Positions 11,560 to 22,200 of a DNA stretch of 36,500 nt are shown piece after piece (position 1 is the stretch's first letter; the number at the start of each line of letters is the position of its first letter). The translations under genes and the position numbers were made by a program. The DNA is from Octopus bimaculoides (taxonomy: Eukaryota), in contig NC_068995.1 in NCBI RefSeq assembly GCF_001194135.2, positions 4,611,436 through 4,647,935 of the forward strand, in the 5' to 3' direction. Below the pieces are notes generated by a model, which saw only the letters and a list, made by a program, of their open reading frames with translations, did not search any database and was not told where the DNA came from.

Positions 11560-11601
11560 ACCTCTGATGAGGGAAATGCAACTCCGAAACGGTCGTAAGG
11601 T
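11560..11601 (+). ncRNA. Minimal type-I hammerhead ribozyme with canonical core
   Basis: ACCU CUGAUGA GGG-AAAUGCAAC-UCC GAAAC GGUC GUA^AGGU: 4-bp stem I, G-C closed stem II, GUA cleavage after 11597. Confidence 0.8.
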
Positions 11602-12090
11602 TTTGTAATAATGGAAAGTTTGAAACCTAATATTTCGATGAGTTTTTTATGTATTTTGTATTCCTACGAATTTGACCTACGAAAATTTGACCTCCACTTT
11701 GATTTTGATGCTATATTTTGCTCACATAGAGAAATAATTAGGTGCGCTGCAGCTATGGGCTTACTTTTTTCTTATTATACATACATACATACATGCATAC
11801 ATACATACATACATACATACATACATACATGCATACATACATACATATATACATATATATCTATATGAGGATGGTTTACGTAAGGGATGAATATGCATTT
11901 CCAATTGTATATTACACAAGCCTGAAATGTACATATTAAATGATTTCAAAATACGGATAGATATATGCATACATATGTGTGTGTGTGTGTGTGTGTGTAT
12001 GTGTGTGTGTATGTGTGTGTGTGTATGTATGTGTGTGTATGTGTGTGTATGTGTGTGGGCGTGTGAGTGTGTATGAATTATATATATATA

Positions 12091-12130
<40 letters not shown>

Positions 12131-13079
12131 TGTAGGCTTCAAGTTTTAATTGAAGTCTCTTAATCGTTTCTCTATTAATTTCTCTTAATTACATCGCTAC
12201 ATAACGCATAGCAATACTACATAGAAATGCCAGATACAGTACTATGACATAGTAATATGTAATTTAAAGTTTGGGTGGAGACGTTTACTAAATTTATATT
12301 TTAATGTTATCTCTGTCGTAACTTTCTGGAACTTTTTACGAGACTGAATTAAAATTCTCTGTAAAAGATCACGTTTTCTTAATATCGTGCTAACTCAATA
12401 TCGTGCTAACTCAGTATCTATTACATGGGTAAGAGAAAGGTTTCATGAAATTAGCTATATATTGAAATATTTTTTCATCTCAAGCATGTTTCCTGCTCGT
12501 TGTAAGAGACTCGAATATAATATGATTCTCTGCTAAAGTATGCAAAACCAAACGGAAGGATTCCACGGTGAAGTCTTTGTCGTGTAGTTATGTGTTTCAC
12601 TTTCAATCTGAGCTATTTCTGGTTCCTGTCTACGGCGTATGACTTTCGGTTAGTATCTTCTACCATACACACCACGTTGTGATTAAAGCCACGAGAGTGA
12701 AGCTTACTGAAGTGAATTGTATGGAAGACCGTTGAAGTAACGTTGTTTCTGCTGTTGTATGATACCCTTACCTTGATTCCTCGCTTTATATGAGCCATCT
12801 CCTGGCCCCAGGTAGCCTTTAACGGAAAGTACCAGTCAAACAAAACCTCCTATCGGAAGATGATTTCTTCCCTCACTCCCGCTAGTCGCGAAAGCCCCAT
12901 TAAAAGGATCAGGGCCATTCCTCCTTTGACTCAATAATAAAAATTTACTTAATGTAGAATATCAGAGAATTGCAGAAATATAATTCCATTTCATTCCATG
13001 CTGAAATCTTCGAAATGAGTGTTTAAAATATGTTATTCTTTAATTCACGCCTTCTTTAATTTAATATTATGTAGCCTTA

Positions 13080-13226
13080 AGGCGGTGAGCTGGCAGAATC
13101 GTTAGCACACCGGGTGAAATGCTTAGCGGTATTTCGTCTGCCGTTACGTTCTGAGTTCAAATTCCGCCGAGGTCGACTTTGCGTTTCATCCTTTCGGGAT
13201 CGATAAATTAAGTACCAGTTGCGTAC
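13080..13226 (+). mobile_element. SINE family A, well conserved, 3' truncated
   Basis: AGGCGGTGAGCTGGCAGAATCGTTAGCACACCGGGTGAAATGC...GAGTTCAAATTCCGCCGAGGTCGACTTTGC. Confidence 0.9.
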
Positions 13227-13831
13227 GATATCCAATGTGTCTCTTCTTTATTTAAGACTGTAGTGTGTGAGTTGTGGAACATTTGGTTGCTGTGTCTGCA
13301 TTGGCGAGCGAATTCGTGGAGGATCCCTTGGCAGCTCAAAGCTATTAGAAGGGACAACAGGCAAGCAACTGAAAATCACAAACACAAAGGGAGAGAAAAA
13401 GAAAGAGAGACAACAATAAAAGCAATATTCGAAAATTGTCACAGCGCATTATTTCGTTGATTCCATGAAATAGCTCCCAGCAATAACAGCATCAAGGAAT
13501 TAATTTTAATTGTGCCGGAATCAAAATTGAATCTCCCACATCCAAATAATAAATATTGCAAACGGATCATGGAAAGGAAATTAAAAACAACCAAATTGAA
13601 ATACTGGCGTATAGAACTCTGTCCAACTGGAAAATATTTAAAACATCGTGTTCGGCCGCATTCACTCCAGCGTAGAAAGCGGCAGAAATAGCTAAACAGT
13701 CTTTATCAACACAGCAGTTAGTCCTAGAAATGTTAGTCTCAAAAAAACAGTACAGTGCTCATCAAATATGTTTTTACTCCACTAATTTACTCTAGAGAGC
13801 TTTGCATTTCATCAACCAACTCTACTTTATA

Positions 13832-13906
13832 CAAAGGTATTTTTCAACTGGGGTCCATATGAACTTTGGGGAACCATATGATCTTTAGGGGTCTATATAA
13901 CATTTT
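13832..13906 (+). mobile_element. Degenerate hAT-like terminal fragment with three ~19-bp subterminal repeats
   Basis: CAAAGGTATTTTTCAACT resembles a CAGTGGTTTTCAAC-type hAT end and is followed by three GGGGTCCATATGA-like units. Confidence 0.4.
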
Positions 13907-14009
13907 GTGCAGTATTGTATTGTATTTTTATTTATTAATTTATTAATTTTTAGGCGTGAAAATGTTTCTTTTAACACAGAACTAATTATACTCTAAAAGA
14001 ATATAAATA

Positions 14010-14136
14010 CTTATCGACCGCAGAAACCCGTGATATACTGAGGAGTCCGTGATATAAATTTGCATATATTAACCATGAAAATCCACGATGTACTGAGAGA
14101 GTGATAGGGGAACCGCGATACGGCGAGTGATTACTG
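14010..14136 (-). mobile_element. pogo/Tigger-type MITE end
   Basis: Minus strand TA|CAGTAATCACTCGCCGTATCGCGGTTC with repeated TATCRCGG subterminal motifs, typical of Tigger-like TIR regions. Confidence 0.6.
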
Positions 14137-15027
14137 TACTTCAAATAATACACAAAATATTTTAACAATTCTTTGAGAGGCGTCAGTTTTCTGATGTCAT
14201 CGCTGCTGCAGATCAAGAGCAAGCCCTGTATCCCACATGTGCAATCATGCCAGAGATGATTACTAAAGAAGAACAGTCAACGACGAACTATGACATGTCA
14301 CAAAGAAAAAGAATATATATATACATATACATACATATGTGTGTGTGTGTGTGTGCGTGTGCGCGCGCGCATGCGTGTGTGTGGATTGTGTGTCTGTGTT
14401 TGTGTTTGTGTATCAGTGTGTTTGTGTCTGTGTCTGTGTCTGCGTGTGTACCAATGTGTATATAAAAACAGAGATTACCTTTGCTAAAAGAGCGCCATAT
14501 ACATTTCATTATGTCAGATTACACTATTGTGTAACAAGTGCTTCACATTATACATCGGAGATACGTGGAAAAGATTTGTTTAATGGAAATAACAGAAAAA
14601 AATAGAAAGAAAATCAGAATGAACAAAGAATATAAAGACTAAAATGTATTCGTGATATTTCTATACATTCTATTCAGTTTATTCGTATCTAGTCTGAAGT
14701 TAGCCTGACAATAATTGTAAATATACACCTCTTTAACAAGAATGGATTTTTAAATCTCGTGTTAAAGGGTGAAGAAGAAAAATGTGTTTCATTAGTTTTC
14801 AGAAACGTATGTGTAATAGTGTGATTAAAGGCATTTCTTTGTCTGGAGATTTCTGTGAGTGTGTGTGAGAATCTNNNNNNNNNNNNNNNNNNNNNNNNNN
14901 NNNNNNNNNNNNNNNNNNNNNNNNNNNNNNNNNNNNNNNNNNNNNNNNNNNNNNNNNNNNNNNNNNNGAGAGAGAGAGTGAACTTGGCTGGAAACATTTA
15001 TCTGTGTAACTACTGATATAGACAGAT

Positions 15028-15106
<79 letters not shown>

Positions 15107-15221
15107 GTATAGAATAGAGAGATTTATCTAATAACATCCTATTATTTTAAAGCATGCTCTATCATTGTGTCTAAGAATGAAAAATGTAAATAACAAGTTA
15201 CGAAGTAAATACCAATTTAAT

Positions 15222-15257
<36 letters not shown>

Positions 15258-15412
15258 AGTGTGTGTCAAATAATTCATCGGAATTCTATATTAAAAGCAA
15301 TTTTATGATGGGTTTCGGTGAAATAGTTTCATTAAAAATAGTTTTCTCTCCAGAAACTTTGCTGAAACTGGTTTATTTTCCTGACTTAACTATTCTTGCA
15401 GCAGCAAACGTG

Positions 15413-15414
15413 TT

Positions 15415-15475
<61 letters not shown>

Positions 15476-15510
15476 CAGTAGTAGAAGCAGCAGCAGCAGC
15501 AGTAGTAGTA
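15413..15510. repeat. (TAG)n/(CAG)n microsatellite
   Basis: Direct reading. Confidence 0.95.
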
Positions 15511-16346
15511 GTTTTCCCGGTTTTTTTCTTCTCGACTTTTCTGCATTCTTTTGTATATTTTCGCCATAGTTAAAAAATTATTTCTTTTACTTTTGTTGTT
15601 TGTTTTTTATTATTGCTGCCGTTGCTCTTCTTGTTGATGACTATGATGATGCTGTTGCTACTGTTGCTGTTGTTGATGTAGTTATTACTGCTGTTGCCCG
15701 TTTGTTGTTTGCAATTCTTTGGAGTTTTGTTGCTGTTGTTCTGTTTTTTATAGCTGTTGTTGTTCTTGTTACTATTCATAACACGTTCCTCTACACAAAA
15801 GCTAAATTTCGTTGTTGGAGTTTGATTCTTAGAGCGCCTTCTCCCTATAAACGTAAATCTTAAATCTCTTACGATCAATTTTCGATAATAACTAAAATAT
15901 TTTTGACAACACGGGTCAACTAGTTTCTTCCTAAATATTAGTAAATTTTTCTCTTTAAGATGCTGCAATTTTTGTTGCTGATTTAATTTCAAAAATTTGG
16001 TGGCAGCTGCAGTCGTTGTTGTTTCGTTTTATTTCTACAATTCAGTGTTTTTCAGTTGTTTTTATTTTGCATAGTTTTTGTTTTTGCTCTTTTACATCGA
16101 AATAAGTTATAGAAATAAGTTACAACTTAATAAATGGTAATAAACGCTCTCAGATTTGGTCTTATTGCAAGTAGTGGTGGTGGTGATGGTGGTGGTGGTG
16201 GTGGTGGTGGTGGTGGTGGTATTAGTTGTTGAGGTAGTAGTAATGATGATACTGATAGTTCTTCTTGTTGTACTGGCGGTACTGGTGGGAATAGGGGTGA
16301 TTGTGGTAGTGTTGTCTTTGAAATGGTTGTAGCACTCTTCTTCTTC

Positions 16347-16392
<46 letters not shown>

Positions 16393-16529
16393 GTGCTGTT
16401 GTCGTTCTCATTGTGAATGACACCTGTATTTCAGAAAAAATAATCAGATATTCATGCTTTTGATAACTTCCATCCTCTTTTCAACTGTAAACACCAAGTA
16501 TGAAAATATTACACGCACACACATATATG

Positions 16530-16633
<104 letters not shown>

Positions 16634-16748
16634 AATATATATACATAAATATATATGCACATATATATATATATATTTAATATATATAAAATGTTCGCCG
16701 TAGACAGAAATAACTTTCACTCTCTATCTCTCTCTCTCTCTCTCTCTG

Positions 16749-16784
<36 letters not shown>

Positions 16785-17262
16785 TATATGACCCTCACTA
16801 TTACTAATATCGTCTCTACCACCATCAGTAACACACTAACACACACATGCACACACACACACGCACATATATACATATATACATATACACATATGTATAC
16901 ACGTATATATATGTATATATATACGTGTATACATATGTGTATATATATGTATTTATATATATGTATTTATATATATGTATTTATATATATGTATTTATAT
17001 ATACGTATGTATGTATATATACATACACACACACACACTTATGTGTGTGTGTTTAAAGACATGAGAAAGACATCCATGTGTAGGTGTATTCTGGTGCTTT
17101 ATTTACCCACGGGTATCTGCTCACAAATGTGTTAATAACGAAATCTGGAAAGATGTGTTCACAGCTTTTCAAAGTTAGACATAAGCAAATTATCGTCACA
17201 TTTTGTACATCAGATGTCGCCATGTTGCTCACTCCTATACAGAAGCGAGCAGTTAATGGTCC

Positions 17263-17334
<72 letters not shown>
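17263..17334. repeat. (TAG)n microsatellite
   Basis: Direct reading. Confidence 0.95.
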
Positions 17335-17799
17335 AGGTTTGGGCAATTACCAGACGGTAAAGAAGACAACATAGCTTTAATTTCCCGGATAAATTATTTG
17401 GACTTTGTGTATATGTCTATTAGCATGTCGATGTCGATCAAAGCCCATTCACCAATTTCGGCTACCTGATGTCATCCACAGTAACGATATAATTTTCACT
17501 GGATCTACATCAGGAAATCTGCAGTGTTTGTTGGGTTTATAATTGTCGAAGGAAACAGAAGATGGATTTAGTACGAATCTTTATTCATCTAGAGATAACA
17601 GCTAGATGTCTGCCACTAATAACATTATCTTGATAGGTTATAACCACATAAAACGACATCCAGTTTGGTGACATGCGTGCGTGTGGGTGTGTAAGTATGA
17701 ACGTCTATATGTGTTCATGTCAAAGAGTGTATACCTATCCTTCTTAATCTTAACTTTCTTCGACAGATTTTCTTTGTCAATTGTGATCTAAATTATGAT

Positions 17800-18033
17800 C
17801 TACATAAATCTCACATCAAACTTCGGGAATACAGAAAAATAGCATTCAGCGGACACATCGACATTTGCGCCACTAACAAACAACCCAGCCTCCGAATTTT
17901 TCCCCTCTATAAATTCAGGGACGATGCAACCTATAATCAGCGCATTAGCAAAGAGTCATATTTCATCGCAAAATATAAGCCCCTTTTGAATGGGTCCACC
18001 ACAAATGACACTACTACAAGGGCCTTAGAATAA
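17800..18033 (+). mobile_element. Penelope-like element remnant: C-terminal half of GIY-YIG endonuclease
   Basis: Stop-free frame LHKSHIKLREYRKIAFSGHIDICATNKQPSLRIFPLYKFRDDATYNQRISKESYFIAKYKPLLN...*. It matches the PLE GIY-YIG C-terminus (H..HI, SGHIDIC, IFP.YK, R..KE.YFI.KYKP.LN). Confidence 0.8.
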
Positions 18034-19014
18034 CACTCGCGCAAATATCAAAAACGATATATTCAGAACAGTCACTACCCATGAATTTATTCAGAACAAT
18101 TCCAGTCACTACTATTACAACCACAACAGATCGTTTGACCATTTAAGGGGATTCCACCAGCATCCTACTACTGTCATACAACTCCTGTATTTTTATTATT
18201 CTTTCTCTTCTTTTCCTACTCCCTCTTTTTCTTCTTCTCCTTCTTTTTCTTACTCCTCCTCTTCTTCTTCTTCGCCGCTTCCTTCCTCGGCTACTATTGC
18301 TGCATGAACAATCAAGACCAAGAACCCGTATCAAATATTCTTTTAGGATTGCTACTACCAGCTTCGAAGCCTTCACGAGAGTAAAAGAGAGGGACAGAGA
18401 CAGAAAAAAGGAAAATGTCCCTTGCATTTGAAAACTATGGAAATATTTTTTTTAAATTTCATTTAATTTTTCCACAATTTAATTGTTTTTCATGCTTTAC
18501 TCTAAGTTGAAAAACCCACAAAGCCTGAAACCGGTACCAAAATGTTTTTCCTGATAAAATCCTTTTAGCAGTTTCTACCTTGTCTTATNNNNNNNNNNNN
18601 NNNNNNNNNNNNNNNNNNNNNNNNNNNNNNNNNNNNNNNNNNNNNNNNNNNNNNNNNNNNNNNNNNNNNNNNNNNNNNNNNNNNNNNNNNNNNNNNNNNN
18701 NNNNNNNNNNNNNNNNNNNNNNNNNNNNNNNNNNNNNNNNNNNNNNNNNNNNNNNNNNNNNNNNNNNNNNNNNNNNNNNNNNNNNNNNNNNNNNNNNNNN
18801 NNNNNNNNNNNNNNNNNNNNNNNNNNNNNNNNNNNNNNNNNNNNNNNNNNNNNNNNNNNNNNNTATATATATACAATATAGGAATGGGTCAAAGAACAAA
18901 AATATATAGACGTGTGTGACTACGCAGTGTGTAGATGTGAATATCTCTATGTAAATATTTGTGTGTATGAGTGTGTGCGAGTTTGTGTGTGTGCGTGTAC
19001 GTGTGTGTGTGTGT

Positions 19015-19050
<36 letters not shown>

Positions 19051-19385
19051 GTGTGTATATATATGTGTATGTGTCGGTGTATGTGTATGTGTATGTATGT
19101 ATACGTATCGAGTAGAAGCTATCTCTAAGTGGGATAATTACATTAAAAATCAATCAAGGTTCAATCTATTTATCAATAAACCATTCTAAAGTGCCAGAGT
19201 GAATTTCTGTCTCCCTAATTTCCATGTTATTTATCTATATTTATCTATTTTTTTTCATTTATGTTTGCTCCATTTTAGGTCTATTTCTGCGTTTCCGATC
19301 GGAAGGAAATCTATGAATACGTAGTTCAACACCTAAAAGCGACATTTTCTGCTATTTTTTCTGTCATCATTTTTGCTGCTGCTGC

Positions 19386-19421
<36 letters not shown>

Positions 19422-19666
19422 AGTGGTGGTGGTGGTGGTGGTGGATTTGGTGGTGCTATTAGTGGTANNNNNNNNNNGGCGGTCAGAAACTTCTTTCAGC
19501 AAAAACTATGACGTATTTGAGTGACTTGATCGAGCGCAGTTTATCTAGGGCTACATTATCTCATGTGGCCTTTCTTTAAAAATAATAGAGCATGACATGA
19601 GGGAGATATGGTAGTTATTTTTTGCAGTTTTTCCTTCTCATTGTTATTAATAGTGGTTGTATTTCG

Positions 19667-19850
19667 TTACCTCTGCCAAGGAAGGAGATTATGTTTCCAT
19701 TGGCGTTGGTCTGTCCGTCTGTCCGTCTGTGTAGAAAATAACTCAAAAAGTTGTGAACGGTATTTGATGAAACTTTCAGGAAAAGTTGGTAATGACACAA
19801 GGAACAGATGATGAAATTTGGGTAGTGATCCGGGAATTTCTATGGATTCT
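19667..19850 (+). mobile_element. Non-autonomous Helentron/Helitron-like (HINE/DINE-type) fragment
   Basis: TTACCTCTGCCAAGGAAGGAGATTATG start, (CTGTCCGT)n tract, then ATAACTCAAAAAGTT...GATGAAACTTTCAGG...GACACAAGGAACAGATGAT. Confidence 0.6.
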
Positions 19851-19867
19851 TGAACTGGGTTGAGTTC

Positions 19868-19952
19868 AATTTGAACTCAGAACGTAAAGACGGACGAGAC
19901 ACTGCGATGCATTTTGCCCGGCGTGCTAACGATTCTGCCAGTTCGCCGCCTT
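19868..19952 (-). mobile_element. SINE family A head
   Basis: Reverse complement AAGGCGGCGAACTGGCAGAATCGTTAGCACGCCGGGCAAAATGC...GTTCTGAGTTCAAATT. Confidence 0.88.
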
Positions 19953-20069
19953 GAAATCGTTAATAAATTATCAAACAATAAAGATTACGAAAATTTCCTT
20001 ATTGTTATTCTTTTATCAGTATTTTAGAAACAATTTGTCAAAAACAACTGAACTCTTCTCTAACGCTCC

Positions 20070-20073
<4 letters not shown>

Positions 20074-20108
<35 letters not shown>

Positions 20109-20238
20109 CTTCCCTCTCTCTCTCTCTCTCTCTCTCTTTATCTCTCTCTCTCTCTTCCATCCTCCCCCTCCCTCTCTCTCTATCAATCTTTTTATCTCTT
20201 TGTCTCTCTCTCTCTTTCTTTCTGTATCAATCTTTCTA

Positions 20239-20326
<88 letters not shown>
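20074..20326. repeat. (CT)n-rich microsatellite
   Basis: Direct reading. Confidence 0.95.
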
Positions 20327-20330
<4 letters not shown>

Positions 20331-20619
20331 TGTGTATGTTTCTCTCTAGTCGATTTGGCTCTGTTTTTTATTGTGTTCTATTTCAGCCGTTAAACGACTT
20401 AATGTATTTTTCTTTAGAACTAACCTTATTCCCTTTACTTACATAAAACAAGCATCTTATCTATTATTTAATCTCTCCACTTCACAACGATTGTTTCTTT
20501 TCAAACAGCGAAGACCTAGACTCGTCGGTTCCGCATTTACATTTACACACCATCTTGTCAGAGACAACAAAAAAAGTTACAGGAGAAAAAAGTAGTACAA
20601 TCCAATTCGTTGCTGTTTC

Positions 20620-20671
20620 TCTTTCATTCATTTCGGTCACTGAATTCTGGCCATGCTAGAGCAGCATCTCC
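20620..20671 (-). mobile_element. SINE family C tail fragment
   Basis: TCATTTCGGTCACTGAATTCTGGCCATGCTAGAGCA is the reverse complement of the tail at 5290-5330. Confidence 0.55.
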
Positions 20672-20692
20672 GACTGTTTTAATTGAATATAT

Positions 20693-20935
20693 GAGATTGC
20701 AGAGTACCGAAAACACAAGTTCCGCTGGGATGGACATGTCTCAAGGTTCACACAAAACAGATGGACCCATGCAGTGGCTAAGAGAACGGAAAAGGCAACT
20801 TGGAAAGCCTCTACGACGATGAGAAGACGATCTAATTAAGCAATTTGGAAAAGAATGGCGCGATAATAGCAAAACTGGAAGGGCATTGTGACTAGCGATG
20901 CAAAACGGCATCTGATGGTCTGATCGATTCTATGA
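20693..20935 (+). mobile_element. Decayed RTE-clade LINE 3' end
   Basis: EIAEYRKHKFRWDGHVSRFTQNRWTHAVA / RKRQLGKPLRR*EDDLIKQFGKEWR matches the RWAGH-NRW-KRPLGRP-W.D pattern. Confidence 0.8.
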
Positions 20936-21138
20936 TACTGATATCAATCCCAGTACTTTACCTCCCCGGACTTAACAACACCACCAGGCAGCTCGGATAT
21001 CTTCAGCGGACCCTTCTTACTTAAGGATACTGTCCTCTCTCTTTTCCACCAACCTTGGAGCCTCTGTAAAGTGTTATGAGCACTGCCTTTCTGTCTGACA
21101 ATAATATTTTTAAAAAATAGGGAACGAATACATTATGT

Positions 21139-21260
21139 CAGGCATGGGCAACATTTTCGGGGAGTGGGCCGCATTAAACATGGCTCAACATCAGGTGGGC
21201 CGCCCTTCTAAAACAAATTCAAGACAATCTTTTGTTTGACATGCAATTCAGAAATATATA
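21139..21260 (+). mobile_element. hAT-type transposon end (single TIR)
   Basis: CAGGCATGGGCAAC followed by two GTGGGCCGC subterminal motifs; no matching second TIR found. Confidence 0.55.
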
Positions 21261-21497
21261 GTCCTAAATATTCCCTAAAAACTCGATGGGGTTGACATAG
21301 GGTTCAACACCACAATAATAATAAACCAGCACTATGAACGAAATTTGTTGTCGAATCAATTGAAATTTTGATAATAATTAAGTTATTTGTTTCAAACATA
21401 AACACAAAATTATGCCGGATGAGATATTTGTCGACGCCATCGCCACAAGTACGACTGGTAATCCCTGGAAGTATGAAAGGTAAAACTGATCTAGACA

Positions 21498-21583
21498 AGA
21501 TTTGAACTCAGAACGTAAATGGCTATTGCTAAACACTGCAAGGAGTTTTGTCAGCGCTTTACCAATTCTGTCAAGCTGCAGCT
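21498..21583 (-). mobile_element. SINE family A head, diverged
   Basis: ATTTGAACTCAGAACGTAA...CAATTCTGTCAAGCT. Confidence 0.7.
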
Positions 21584-22050
21584 GTAGTCCTGAACGGATA
21601 TAACAATAGTTAAGTTCCATGGATTGATTTCGATCAGTACTTTCGTCGATAAACATTTGAAAATATTACAATTAAACTAATATATGTTATATTAATTAGC
21701 TTCGTTTAAGAAATATTAATTAATTTATGCTTCAATCGAAGCTCGAAAAATGTTAATAAATATTAATGAGCGTTAAATTATATTCTATCTTAATTGCTTT
21801 GCGGGTAAGGATTTCAACTCTTTCGTTAAAAGATAAATGACAAAAAGAACATAAAGTAACAGGAATGTGATTTTAAGATAAGAAATATAATCCATATCGA
21901 TTGGTTTCTTACACTTATACTGTGCCAAAGTGTATATAAATAAATATAAATATATACAAATTCCGGCCTTATTTGAACTTCATGTGATCTACTAAAATAT
22001 CAAAAATCATTAAAATTGATTGGACGGCGTGGGAGGAGTTAGAGTAACCT

Positions 22051-22096
<46 letters not shown>

Positions 22097-22106
22097 ATTA
22101 CACATT

Positions 22107-22143
<37 letters not shown>

Positions 22144-22166
22144 GTGTACTCTTTTGCTTATTATTT

Positions 22167-22200
22167 GTTTCAGCTGGAGAGCCGTGGCCATGCTGGGGCT
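22167..22200 (-). mobile_element. SINE family C tail fragment
   Basis: GTTTCAGCTGGAGAGCCGTGGCCATGCTGGGGC. Confidence 0.55.

Larger units (their letters stand above)
11388..11603. mobile_element. 216-bp foldback, probable inverted Penelope-like pLTR pair
   Basis: Near-perfect ~70-bp inner arms (11451-11519 vs 11520-11582 region) plus 22-bp outer arms; each arm carries a hammerhead. Confidence 0.65.

Noticed and set aside
12560-12930. Unique GC-balanced segment with donor-like AAG|GTAAGG and an HDV-ribozyme-like TTCCTCGC
   Set aside because: No recognisable protein in any frame; the HDV P3 and P1.1 pairings cannot be formed.
14140-14270. Strong minus-strand acceptor and frame NHLWHDCTCGIQGLLLICSS...
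   Set aside because: No donor before it runs into the Tigger-like MITE, and no homology recognised.
18500-18540. GAAACCGGTA (PLE-hammerhead-like stem III) downstream of the GIY-YIG remnant
   Set aside because: No CUGANGA core and no stem I or II pairing.
21412-21479. ATG-initiated mini-exon MPDEIFVDAIATSTTGNPWKYE with AAG|GTAAAA donor
   Set aside because: Only 22 codons, no homology and no supported downstream exon; compatible with chance.
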